DNA from: Chthoniobacterales bacterium
Lineage (GTDB): Bacteria > Verrucomicrobiota > Verrucomicrobiia > Chthoniobacterales > JAFAMB01
DNA length: 64,000 bases
Direction of reading: 5' to 3'
Assembly: GCA_035938215.1 (NCBI GenBank)
Contig: DASZHC010000054.1
Coordinates: forward strand, 830-64,829
Position numbers and translations under genes: made by a program
The notes under the pieces: model-generated
The model's database searches: none
The model's input: the letters and a program-made list of their open reading frames with translations, nothing else
What the model was told of the DNA's origin: nothing
Part shown: one piece after another, positions 55,900 through 64,000 of the stretch
Layout of the letters: each line of letters opens with the position of its first letter
Position numbering within the stretch: the first letter of the stretch is position 1

Positions 55900-57661
55900 G
55901 GCCGGAATGAGCGGTCAGGAAGCAAGATTTCAGGGGCTGGGTGTAGGTCCAGGGATTGCCCGCGGGATCGTTTTTATCCATCACCCCGACGACGAAGAAC
56001 CTCCTAAAAGGCGAATTGATGAATCTGACGTCGCCAACGAGATCGTTCGCTTCGAGAGTGCGCTCATTGCGACTCGCGCGCAGATCCTCGAAATGCAGCA
56101 ACGCATCGCCGAGGCGATCGGCGCAAAAGATGCCAGCATTTTCGACGCGCATTTACTGGTCGTCGAAGACCGAACCTTGATCGACGAGGTGCTTCGCACG
56201 CTTGAGCGGGACAAGTTTAACGTGGAATTCATTTTCGCCGAGGTTGCGAATCGGTATGCGAAAACGTTAAGCGAGATAGACGATCCGTATCTGCGTGAAC
56301 GGGCGTTCGATATACACGATGTTACTCGTCGTGTGATTCGCAATTTGCTCGGGCGGTCGACGAAGACCCTTGGTGCCATGGATGTGCCTCAAATCGTGGT
56401 CGCCCACAACATCACGCCGTCTGATACGGCGATGCTGAATCGCCAGATGGTCCTTGGCTTTGCTACAGACGTGGGTAGCCGGACATCGCACACGGCGATC
56501 ATGGCGCGTTCATTGAACATCCCCGCGGTGGTGGGTCTGAAGGATATTTCATTGCGCCTGCAACCGGGGGATCAAGTACTGCTCGACGGAAACAGTGGCG
56601 TTGTGATCCTGAATCCCACCGAGCAGACCTTGTGGGAATACGGCGAGATCGAGGTCAAATTGGAACATGTCCAGGAGGTGCTGACGGGACTACGGGACAC
56701 TGAAAGCACAACGGCGGACGGCCGTCATGTTATCCTCTCCGCCAACATTGAATTGCCGGAAGATGTTCCGCTCGTAGTCGAAGCCGGAGCCGAAGGCATA
56801 GGCCTCTATAGAACCGAGTTTTTCTATATGAACAAAAACGAGCTGCCGAGCGAGGAAGAGCAATTTGACACTTATCGCTCGGTTGCCGAGGCAATTATGC
56901 CGGAATCGGTCATTATTCGAACTCTGGATTTAGGCGGTGACAAGTTTTTGAGCCATTCCCATCTTCCAACGGAGATCAATCCATTTCTCGGTTGCCGAGC
57001 CATCCGGTTTTGCATTGAGCGTCCCGATATTTTCAAGGCCCAGTTGCGTGCGATTCTGAGAGCGGCAGCTACAGGAAATGTTCGAATGATGTTCCCAATG
57101 ATATCCGGATTGTCCGAGTTGCGACAGGCGAAGGAAATTCTGGAAGTCTGCAAAGCGGAGCTTCGGGACGAGCGCAAGCCGTTTAAGGAGGATATCGAGC
57201 TTGGAATAATGATCGAGGTGCCGAGCGCGGTTCTGGTCGCGGACGCGCTGGCCCGTGAGGTGAAGTTTTTCAGCATCGGCACTAATGATTTGATTCAGTA
57301 CACAATTGCCGTGGACCGGGTAAATGAACGAATCGCGCACCTTTACGAACCTACGCATCCCGCGATTCTGCGTCTGATCGAGATGACGGTGACAGCGGCT
57401 CATGCCAACGGTATCTGGGTCGGCGTTTGCGGAGAGATGGCCGGCGAAATCACTTTGACGCCGCTTTTGCTCGCACTTGGGGTCGATGAGTTGAGTGCCA
57501 GCGCCAGCCTGGTGCCAAGAGTAAAAAAAGCTGTACAGACATTGGACACGAAAGAGTGCAATCGGCTACTCGAAGATATTCGGGACCTTCATTCCGCAGC
57601 CGAAATCCTGGAGCGTTGCGAAGAAGTTGCGCGGCGTCATTATGCGGAATTATTGAATTGA
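55889..57661 (+). CDS. ptsI: phosphoenolpyruvate-protein phosphotransferase (enzyme I)
   Basis: 590 aa. GSRTSHTAIMARSLNIPAVVG; FFSIGTNDLIQY; GVCGEMAG. The start may be the Met at 55907. Confidence 0.9.
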   Translation: MRNKAGMSGQEARFQGLGVGPGIARGIVFIHHPDDEEPPKRRIDESDVANEIVRFESALIATRAQILEMQQRIAEAIGAKDASIFDAHLLVVEDRTLIDEVLRTLERDKFNVEFIFAEVANRYAKTLSEIDDPYLRERAFDIHDVTRRVIRNLLGRSTKTLGAMDVPQIVVAHNITPSDTAMLNRQMVLGFATDVGSRTSHTAIMARSLNIPAVVGLKDISLRLQPGDQVLLDGNSGVVILNPTEQTLWEYGEIEVKLEHVQEVLTGLRDTESTTADGRHVILSANIELPEDVPLVVEAGAEGIGLYRTEFFYMNKNELPSEEEQFDTYRSVAEAIMPESVIIRTLDLGGDKFLSHSHLPTEINPFLGCRAIRFCIERPDIFKAQLRAILRAAATGNVRMMFPMISGLSELRQAKEILEVCKAELRDERKPFKEDIELGIMIEVPSAVLVADALAREVKFFSIGTNDLIQYTIAVDRVNERIAHLYEPTHPAILRLIEMTVTAAHANGIWVGVCGEMAGEITLTPLLLALGVDELSASASLVPRVKKAVQTLDTKECNRLLEDIRDLHSAAEILERCEEVARRHYAELLN

Positions 57662-57777
57662 CCGGGAAAGGGAGAGGTTCGCTTGGATGGGCTGTTTTTT
57701 CGCCGGCGCCCACAAATACCTTCAGCTCTGTGGCTTGTGCAACGATCGGTGCGCTGTGCAGGTTCGGCAGTGGACGT

Positions 57778-57835
57778 GGTAGGGGCAGATCTCCGAGCTG
57801 CCCACCGAGAATAGCGCCCTTGCCTTACGAGTCTA
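57778..57835. repeat. family A half element (copy A5: one arm plus core)
   Basis: GGTAGGGGCAGATCTCCGAGCTGCCC plus a core that matches the reverse complement of A2 at 31/35. The second arm is absent. Confidence 0.7.
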
Positions 57836-57922
57836 GTCTACTCTGAGTCTGCTCAGTCGCTTTCACCACCGGTTCCCGGAGCGGGCAAGTCGCGAGCAGA
57901 TAGCGGATTCGAAAGAAAAGTG

Positions 57923-58357
57923 TCAGCTCTCGTCCAGTGCCTTATAAAAATTCGTCACGCGACTTACGCAGAGCAGCCGATTTGTCTCCTCGTGAATGAT
58001 TTCTACGTTGTGTACTGCCAGTTTCGACGAACGTCGTACCACGGTGCCCTTTGCAAGGATGCGTCCCTCTGAGGCGGATCGCAGATGGCTTCCATTAATC
58101 TCCACGCCGACCGGTACGAAGCGGGAAAGATCAATCTCCCAACACGCGTGCAGGCTGGCTGCGGACTCGGCAAGCACCATGCTGATGCCACCATGCAATA
58201 GTCCCATCGGCTGGCGCGCACGATCGGACATTGGCATTCGCAGAAGAATATGCTCCGAATCGACGGACACGATTTCCACGCCAAGAGCTTCGACTGCAGT
58301 ATTGGGAATCAACGCGCGCAATTGCTCGAGAGTGTTGATCATAGACGGGAGGGGCAT
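57923..58357 (-). CDS. PaaI-family hotdog-fold thioesterase
   Basis: 144 aa. LLHGGISMVLAESAAS pattern. Confidence 0.8.
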   Translation of the reverse strand: MPLPSMINTLEQLRALIPNTAVEALGVEIVSVDSEHILLRMPMSDRARQPMGLLHGGISMVLAESAASLHACWEIDLSRFVPVGVEINGSHLRSASEGRILAKGTVVRRSSKLAVHNVEIIHEETNRLLCVSRVTNFYKALDES

Positions 58358-58367
58358 TCAGCTCAGT

Positions 58368-59201
58368 TCACAAAATTTCCCGTGACGCTTCGCATAAGGG
58401 CACAGACGGCACCAGCACAACCGGTTCTCCAGCCGCAACATTCAGCTCCCGCGCGGCGGAGGATCGTGTGACGGAGATTTCCAAATGCCCGGCACTTCCG
58501 ATGATCAAGAACGGTTCGTGAGCATCCGCGCTCGTTTCTTCATAGTATCTTAAGAGCTTCCGGATAGCGATTCCCTTAACCCAAAGGCAAAAGGCTTGGC
58601 GACCCCAATCGATATTGACTTCATCGCATGCAAAACTGGTTACACAGTTTCCGAAATGATCGATATGAATGACGGATCCAAGAATGGCGCCCTCTTTTGT
58701 GACTTGGTTCTGGCTCACTTCAAAGCGGACGGGATTCTGAATGGTCGGCCCCAAAAGATCCGGAGCCGTGCCCTGCGCAAGTGCAGCAGCCACCGGCGAA
58801 AACAGATCGCGACCGTGAAAGGTCGTGCTGACGTTTGGCAGAAAAAAAGCGCGATTTGTAATCTGCGTGACCTTAGCATTGCCGCTTTTGCTTAAAACAA
58901 GTGAAAAGACACCGTTATCTGGACCAACGAAAAGATGATCGCCGGACTCGACGATCACAGGACGCCGATCCGAGCCGACGCCTGGATCAACGACCACTAG
59001 ATGGACCGTGCCGGCTGGAAAACAGCGATAGGCGGCATAGAGAGTGAATGCTGCTGCGCGGACGTCGTGAGGCGGAATGATGTGCGTAATGTCCACCAGA
59101 ATAGCCTGTGAAAATCGGCTCAGAATGACGCCCTTCATCGCACCGACAAAATAATCGGCCGAGCCAAAATCAGTGAGAAGAGTAACGATCCCTGAGCGCA
59201 C
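58368..59201 (-). CDS. SAM hydroxide adenosyltransferase / DUF62 (fluorinase-chlorinase superfamily) protein
   Basis: 277 aa. IVTLLTDFGSADYFVGAMKGVI N-terminus and VVDPGVGS. GTG start. Confidence 0.8.
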   Translation of the reverse strand: MRSGIVTLLTDFGSADYFVGAMKGVILSRFSQAILVDITHIIPPHDVRAAAFTLYAAYRCFPAGTVHLVVVDPGVGSDRRPVIVESGDHLFVGPDNGVFSLVLSKSGNAKVTQITNRAFFLPNVSTTFHGRDLFSPVAAALAQGTAPDLLGPTIQNPVRFEVSQNQVTKEGAILGSVIHIDHFGNCVTSFACDEVNIDWGRQAFCLWVKGIAIRKLLRYYEETSADAHEPFLIIGSAGHLEISVTRSSAARELNVAAGEPVVLVPSVPLCEASREIL

Positions 59202-59406
59202 AAGAGGTAACTATATGGCTGCTCTAGACCATGTAATTGTTCAGGAGTCCGTATAGAACCGCAACCATTTCGATTTTGTTACATAAAAAGGCTTGAGTCT
59301 TTTCCCGATCTGGCAAAAGGCTGCCTTTTTTTTGCGTAAAAATGTGTCAGCTCATCACATTCCAAAGGCAGACAGGCATCAGAGGTCCAACTGTTCGATT
59401 TGAGAA

Positions 59407-61329
59407 ATGAAAACGCTGATCGTATTAACCATTGCAGCATTCGGGTCACATGCCGCCTTCGCGGTGGAGCAAGTTGACAAAAATTTCGTCGCACCCGTGC
59501 CATCGCCTCCCGGCAGCTATTTCCGAAGCAACGAATTGAGCGTAGGAGTTTTTGGTAGTTACTTGGGCACATACGGGGCAAACAATCAAGGCATCGGGGA
59601 TCGCGCTTGGGGAGGCGGCCTCGAAGCGAGTTACTTCTACTTTAAGTATTTGGGGCTGTCGATTGACGGTGATGCGTTTAATGAGACTCCGGGAGATAAT
59701 TTTGGCGGTACGGTAACGGGTAACCTGATCCTACGGCTTCCACTGGACGATTATCTACCGCATTTTCATCTAGCACCGTATCTTTTCGGCGGAGCCGGCA
59801 AATTTTATAGTGAACGGGTCGGCATCCCAACATCGACGCCTGGCTTCAAGCGATACGTTGGCAGAAGCGGCATTCTTGCGGACGTCGGTGGGGGTGTTGA
59901 GTACCGCCTGACCCCGAGTTTCGGAGTCTTCGCCGACGCGCGCTATAACTTTGCCGAGAACCCCCGGAACGAGTTCATCACCACGCGGGTCGGCGTTCGA
60001 TACGCGTTTCGCGAATTTGGGCAGAAATCCATCGAAGAGGAGGCGGCAGGCGACAAGAAGATAGAGGTCGTCGAGACCGAAAACGGAGGCGAGCATCAAA
60101 ACTGGGCGATACATTTTGATGCAGTGGAGGTCCTCCAGGGACAACCTGGGTTTCATTCACCCTACCGGGGACCTCAAAGCCTCTTCTCAGACGATAATTT
60201 CCGTCAGACTTCCGAAGCCGATTTGTTTTTCGCTGCTCGGGTTTGGCCCGGCGGCGAAATTTATTTTAATCCCGAGTATTACCAGGGGTTCGGGTTCGGA
60301 TCCACCCATGGAATGGCCGCCTTTCCGAATTCCATGGCGTACAAAGCGGGGAAGTTTCGTGGCGACTTCAACATCACACGAATTTTCTTTCGTCAGACTT
60401 GGGGATTCGGAGGGGAACAGGAGCAGCTTGATGCCGATTTGCTGCAGCTTGCCGAAAAAGTGGACATCTCCCGACTGACTCTGCAAGCGGGAAGATTCTC
60501 CGTTGTCGATGTGTTCGACAACAACGCTTTTGCACATGATCCCAGGGCGGATTTCCTGAATTGGGCGGCGGTCGACGCCGTGGCCTTCGATTACGCCGCA
60601 GATTCTCTGGGGTTCGAGGAGGGCCTGTCTTTGGAACTAAACCAGAAGGCGTGGGCGGCGCGCTGGGGTATTTTCACGATTCCACGCATGCCTAACGTAA
60701 ATGCGACGGACGGTCAGTACCTCAGGGGTTGGCAGCAGGTGGCGGAAATGGAAGGACGCTACACCCTGTGGGGTCACCCAGGGAAAGTGCGATTCCTCGG
60801 TTACCTTGAGAGCGCTCGAATGGGCAGCTATAGCGCGGCGGTAGAAGACTTTCCCGCTGGTATGCCAAATATGGCCGCCACCAGGCGGTACCGATATACC
60901 TACGGATTAGTGCTAAACTTCGAGCAAGAATTTACCAAAGATCTGGGCGGCTTCCTCCGCCTGGCTATGCGGGACCCGAATTATGAGGTGTACCAGTTCG
61001 CCGATGTTTCGCGGAGTCTAGAAGTCGGGCTTTCGCTCAAAGGGACCGCTTGGAACCGCCCAAATGATACGGTAGGCCTGGCTGAGATGCTAGGAGGTCT
61101 CGGCCATGCGCAACGGAGATTCTTCAACGACGGCGGACTTGGAATTCTGATCGGGGACGGGAAACTGCCGCATTACGGTCCAGAAAACGTTATTGAGGCT
61201 TACTACAATTGCGAGCTTTTCCAGGGCATAAATTTCACACTGGACTATCAGCTGGCTGCCGATCCGGCGTATAACAAAGACCGCGGACCTATCAACATAT
61301 TTTCCGCCCGTCTTCGGATTAGATTCTAG
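59407..61329 (+). CDS. outer-membrane protein: N-terminal small OMP beta-barrel domain fused to an OprB-family carbohydrate porin
   Basis: 640 aa. Signal peptide ...HAAFA. aa 20-201 is OMP_b-brl-like and ends VGVRYAF. An acidic linker follows. aa 232-640 is OprB-like (FHSPYRGPQSLF, NPEYYQGFGFG, FDNNAFAHDPRADFLNWA) and ends RLRIRF. Confidence 0.8.
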   Translation: MKTLIVLTIAAFGSHAAFAVEQVDKNFVAPVPSPPGSYFRSNELSVGVFGSYLGTYGANNQGIGDRAWGGGLEASYFYFKYLGLSIDGDAFNETPGDNFGGTVTGNLILRLPLDDYLPHFHLAPYLFGGAGKFYSERVGIPTSTPGFKRYVGRSGILADVGGGVEYRLTPSFGVFADARYNFAENPRNEFITTRVGVRYAFREFGQKSIEEEAAGDKKIEVVETENGGEHQNWAIHFDAVEVLQGQPGFHSPYRGPQSLFSDDNFRQTSEADLFFAARVWPGGEIYFNPEYYQGFGFGSTHGMAAFPNSMAYKAGKFRGDFNITRIFFRQTWGFGGEQEQLDADLLQLAEKVDISRLTLQAGRFSVVDVFDNNAFAHDPRADFLNWAAVDAVAFDYAADSLGFEEGLSLELNQKAWAARWGIFTIPRMPNVNATDGQYLRGWQQVAEMEGRYTLWGHPGKVRFLGYLESARMGSYSAAVEDFPAGMPNMAATRRYRYTYGLVLNFEQEFTKDLGGFLRLAMRDPNYEVYQFADVSRSLEVGLSLKGTAWNRPNDTVGLAEMLGGLGHAQRRFFNDGGLGILIGDGKLPHYGPENVIEAYYNCELFQGINFTLDYQLAADPAYNKDRGPINIFSARLRIRF

Positions 61330-61404
61330 AACAATGAAGACAACTATACGATTGCACGAACGTACGGTTAGTCCGTGATAGTCGTCCAATCCGCTCTGCC
61401 CAAG

Positions 61405-61548
61405 TTGAGGAATATTTCAATCCAACTTGCAATCATCCTGGCACTTGGCGTGTCGTTTACGCTGCTATCCTGTGTGAGCGATGGAAGCGAGAATACCTCT
61501 ACACATACGGGCCCATTTCCGATCCATCACATCGGTGGGCGACACTAG
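61405..61548 (+). CDS. possible 47-aa lipoprotein (TTG start)
   Basis: MRNISIQLAIILALGVSFTLLSC... with an LLSC lipobox. Very short, non-ATG start, no other support. Confidence 0.2.
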   Translation: MRNISIQLAIILALGVSFTLLSCVSDGSENTSTHTGPFPIHHIGGRH

Positions 61549-61549
61549 C

Positions 61550-62035
61550 GGGCGATCGCCGCGGCTTCAAAAATCACGGTGCAGATCGATAATAGGCCTT
61601 GGCTCAGGGCAGTAGGGAATGGAATGAGCGGCACGTTACTGGGAAGCTCTGGCCGAGGAACTTGGAACGACACCAGCACCGCTCAATAACGACTGGAGCT
61701 GGGACCGCAACGCACGTCGGTTTCGACGTTCTCGCGCACGATTTTGCCGATCTCAGCATCGTGTGGCGCCAATTCCAATGCCGTATTTTGTATAAGACAT
61801 CCCCGCCTATTTGACCAGGATGTCGAGTTTTCCAAAGCGGTCGACGACATCGCCAACGAGCCTGGAGATCTGGGCGGGATCAGCCTGGTCGGCTTTGAAA
61901 GCCTCGCCCTGCACGCCGTGCTTCCTGACGTCCGCTATTACCGCCTGGGCTTTCTCGTCTGACACGACGTAGCGCTCCCAGACCACGGGAGCCGCCTGTT
62001 ACGAGTACCGTTTTACCTTCAAAAGTCTTGGCCAT
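61550..62035 (-). pseudogene. decayed short-chain dehydrogenase gene
   Basis: Minus strand reads MAKTFEGKTVLVTGGSRGLGA, then a frame break, then YVVSDEKAQAVIADVRKHGVQGEAFKADQADPAQISRLVGDVVDRFGKLDILV, then a stop. A further fragment TALELAPH follows in another frame. Confidence 0.5.
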
Positions 62036-62206
62036 TCTCATCCCCTATGATCGGATCAGCCGTTGACGCTCTAAGCAACCCCTGGGCCGCCTTCTGTTCG
62101 CGAGCAAAATGAACTGCAGTGATTGCGCCGTCCTTCGCTAATCGCAGGGCCGTCAACTGCAGGAATATCCTACCATTCGCGCAAATCTTGTGTTAATGTA
62201 TGACAA

Positions 62207-62380
62207 ATGAAATCAGCTTCTCCGCAATCTGGGGAGTCCCCGGCGACAGTTACGGAGAAGGGGTTGGCTGCGTACATCCGTCGCGGCCACATCTTTTACG
62301 CGATCGTTGCCATCCTGACAATTGGCATTGCAACGACGCTGGCCTTGGTCCTGCTCAAGTTGATCACCGCGGGTCCTTGA
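62207..62380 (+). CDS. possible 57-aa tail-anchored membrane protein
   Basis: MKSASPQSGESPATVTEKGLAAYIRRGHIFYAIVAILTIGIATTLALVLLKLITAGP. Found by reading; below the ORF-track cutoff. No family recognised. Confidence 0.25.
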   Translation: MKSASPQSGESPATVTEKGLAAYIRRGHIFYAIVAILTIGIATTLALVLLKLITAGP

Positions 62381-62548
62381 TCGGTCTGGTCACCGCTCCA
62401 GAATCTGTCTTGCTTCTTCGTGATTCCATCCTTCCTACTGCTGCGTTCCCCTGCGTCCTCTGCGTGAGGCTCTTACCGAGTACTGACATCGACGACTGCG
62501 CTACCTCGCGCGAGCGAGTTCAGCAGGCGAGGGGATCTGTGAACCGGT

Positions 62549-63910
62549 TCACCTCACCAAGGCCGGCTGGATGTTGCTTATGGTCTGACCAGGTGGAAAA
62601 CTGATGTCCCAAAAGCCTGCTGCCTGTTCCAGTGCGACTAAAGCGCTTGCCCTCTCGGTCAGGGCGGTAATGTAATTGAGATGCACGTCGGTGTCGTCTT
62701 TTTGGGCTTGCAATACGTCCAGCAGGGAAACGGCGCCCAGTCGGTAGCTTGTCAGCTTCGCCTCCAGCACCTTTCTGGCGAGCTCGATAGCGTTTCCCTG
62801 GTATTTAGCGAGTTGCTGTTTGGCTAATTGGTACCGATCAAAATTCGTCCGAACATCGACCTCGGCTTTTAGCTTAACGGAATCCAGGATTTTTTGAGCC
62901 TGCAAAGCAGTCTGCACGGCAGCCTCGTATTCGCCCCGATAGCTATTGAAAAGCGGGAGCGGTAACGAGAGCGAGAGGTTAAGCGTGTTAAAGCTCGGGG
63001 CCGGATCAATCGGGTTGCGGATTTGACCGATCTCTCCTACAGCGACGCCAATCGTCGGATCCGGTATCCGATTCGCCTTTGCCAGCTTCACCGAAGATTG
63101 GGTCGACTCGACAGCAAAATGCGCGGCCCGTACATCCGGACGATTTTGCATCGCTACCGCCAGAATTGACGCCAAGCTGAGATCCCGGTTGGGGAATAAT
63201 AGGCTGCCTTCGGGGTTCGGCGCCCGGGCTCGTCTTTTACCGAGCAGTTGGACCAGCGCGAAAAGATTGGCGCTTTGGGCGGACTGAGCGACTACCAGAT
63301 CGGCCTCAGCCCGCTTGGCTGCCAACCGGGCTTGATCGGCATCAGCCTCGCCCAGATCACCTTCGCTTAATCGTTTCTCGTTGGCTTTCGCTAGATCATT
63401 GAGCGCTTCAAAGGCGCGACGCTTTTCATCGACTGTCAGCTCCCCGGCCAGCGCTGTGACAAACGCGGTGGCGGCGGTTCCCCGCAGCGTCCGAAAGAAA
63501 TCGTCCACGGTCGCCGAGACAGCGAGAAGATTTTTTTGTGCAACCGAGACGCGAAACTTTCGTTTACCCCCAACCTCGATCTCTTCGATGAGTCCCTCCG
63601 AGTAAGCAGTCGCCTGTTCCCGGTGAGAGATGTCCGTGATGAAGGTTGCAGCGAAGACGGGGTTAGGGGAGACTTTCGCCGCAACCACTTGAGCTTGCGC
63701 AATCGAGATGTTGTATCGCTGGGCAGCGAGATCAAGGTTGTTTGCGGCAACGCCTGCCAGGAATTGGTCAAGGGTTAATCGCCGTGTCTGGGTCTTCGGC
63801 GCGGGGGACTCGGGAGTTGTGGGGTGCTGACCATCCGGCCCGCGATCACCAGCTGGCGTACGCTCCACGGCCAGGAACCAGATGGCCAGATAGACGGTGC
63901 ATTGAGACAA
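62549..63910 (-). CDS. TolC/CzcC-type outer-membrane efflux protein
   Basis: 453 aa. Two tandem OEP-like coiled repeats (LDLAAQRYNISIAQAQV..., VRAAHFAVESTQSSVKLAKA...). No MFP or RND/ABC partner downstream in the window. Confidence 0.85.
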   Translation of the reverse strand: MSQCTVYLAIWFLAVERTPAGDRGPDGQHPTTPESPAPKTQTRRLTLDQFLAGVAANNLDLAAQRYNISIAQAQVVAAKVSPNPVFAATFITDISHREQATAYSEGLIEEIEVGGKRKFRVSVAQKNLLAVSATVDDFFRTLRGTAATAFVTALAGELTVDEKRRAFEALNDLAKANEKRLSEGDLGEADADQARLAAKRAEADLVVAQSAQSANLFALVQLLGKRRARAPNPEGSLLFPNRDLSLASILAVAMQNRPDVRAAHFAVESTQSSVKLAKANRIPDPTIGVAVGEIGQIRNPIDPAPSFNTLNLSLSLPLPLFNSYRGEYEAAVQTALQAQKILDSVKLKAEVDVRTNFDRYQLAKQQLAKYQGNAIELARKVLEAKLTSYRLGAVSLLDVLQAQKDDTDVHLNYITALTERASALVALEQAAGFWDISFPPGQTISNIQPALVR

Positions 63911-64000
63911 GGAGAGGTGGCATCGAATTAGGCCTAGGCAGTCGTCCCGGGAGGAGATGAGGATTGAGACTCGGTGCCTCGATCGACCCGTGGTCCCATG

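Noticed and set aside
6611-57835. Possibility that the recurring GGTAGGG..ATCTCCGAG repeats form a CRISPR array
   Set aside because: The copies are kilobases apart and irregularly spaced. They occur as inverted pairs rather than direct repeats with unique spacers, and no cas genes are present.
1-64000. Search by eye for tRNA, rRNA, tmRNA, riboswitch-like leaders (e.g. TPP near thiL), integrases, transposases, reverse transcriptases, nucleases, and other defence or phage hallmarks
   Set aside because: I recognised none. T-loop-like strings such as GGTTCGTTCGATCCC (about 10085) lie inside the glgP coding sequence without a cloverleaf context. A proper scan with tRNAscan-SE, Infernal/Rfam, DefenseFinder or PADLOC is needed to confirm their absence.

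Overview
This 64-kb window looks like chromosomal core DNA. It holds about 60 densely packed protein genes, mostly for central and carbon metabolism and envelope functions. The gene content and a TIGR04138-like gene suggest a PVC/Verrucomicrobiota-type genome, but that is inference only.

Genes I recognise:
- **Sugar and glycogen metabolism:** split transketolase, pgi, glgP.
- **Housekeeping:** dtd, thiL-tsaE-tsaB, argG.
- **Glycerol:** a glpF-glpK-glpD locus.
- **Sugar/polyol ABC-transporter locus:** an ABC transporter with two FGGY kinases, a histidine phosphatase and a 2-hydroxyacid dehydrogenase.
- **Dihydroxyacetone operon:** tetR, then dhaK-dhaL-dhaM-glpK2-SBP.
- **Envelope/PTS block:** kdsA-lptC-lptA-lptB-hpf-hprK-ptsH-ptsI.
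- **Others:** an M16 peptidase, an OprB-type porin and a TolC-like protein.

I found no rRNA, tRNA, CRISPR array, prophage, transposase, or recognisable defence or toxin system. I cannot point to a clear-cut new multi-gene system.

What the gene models do not explain:
1. Six families of short interspersed palindromic or MITE-like repeats (called A-F here) occupy almost every long intergenic gap. Some show covarying stems. One pair brackets lptCAB-hpf.
2. A visibly GC-richer four-gene cassette (23.5-28.2 kb) sits inside a lower-GC ABC-transporter locus. That locus has a decayed permease gene and a truncated LacI-type regulator.
3. The dha operon has a DhaM carrying a full enzyme I domain, a divergent second glycerol kinase and an orphan binding protein.
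4. Two unusual fusions are present: MFS transporter + HAD domain, and 8-stranded OMP barrel + OprB porin.
5. A decayed stretch lies downstream of the orphan TolC-like gene.

All family assignments rest on motifs read by eye from the supplied translations. No database search was run.
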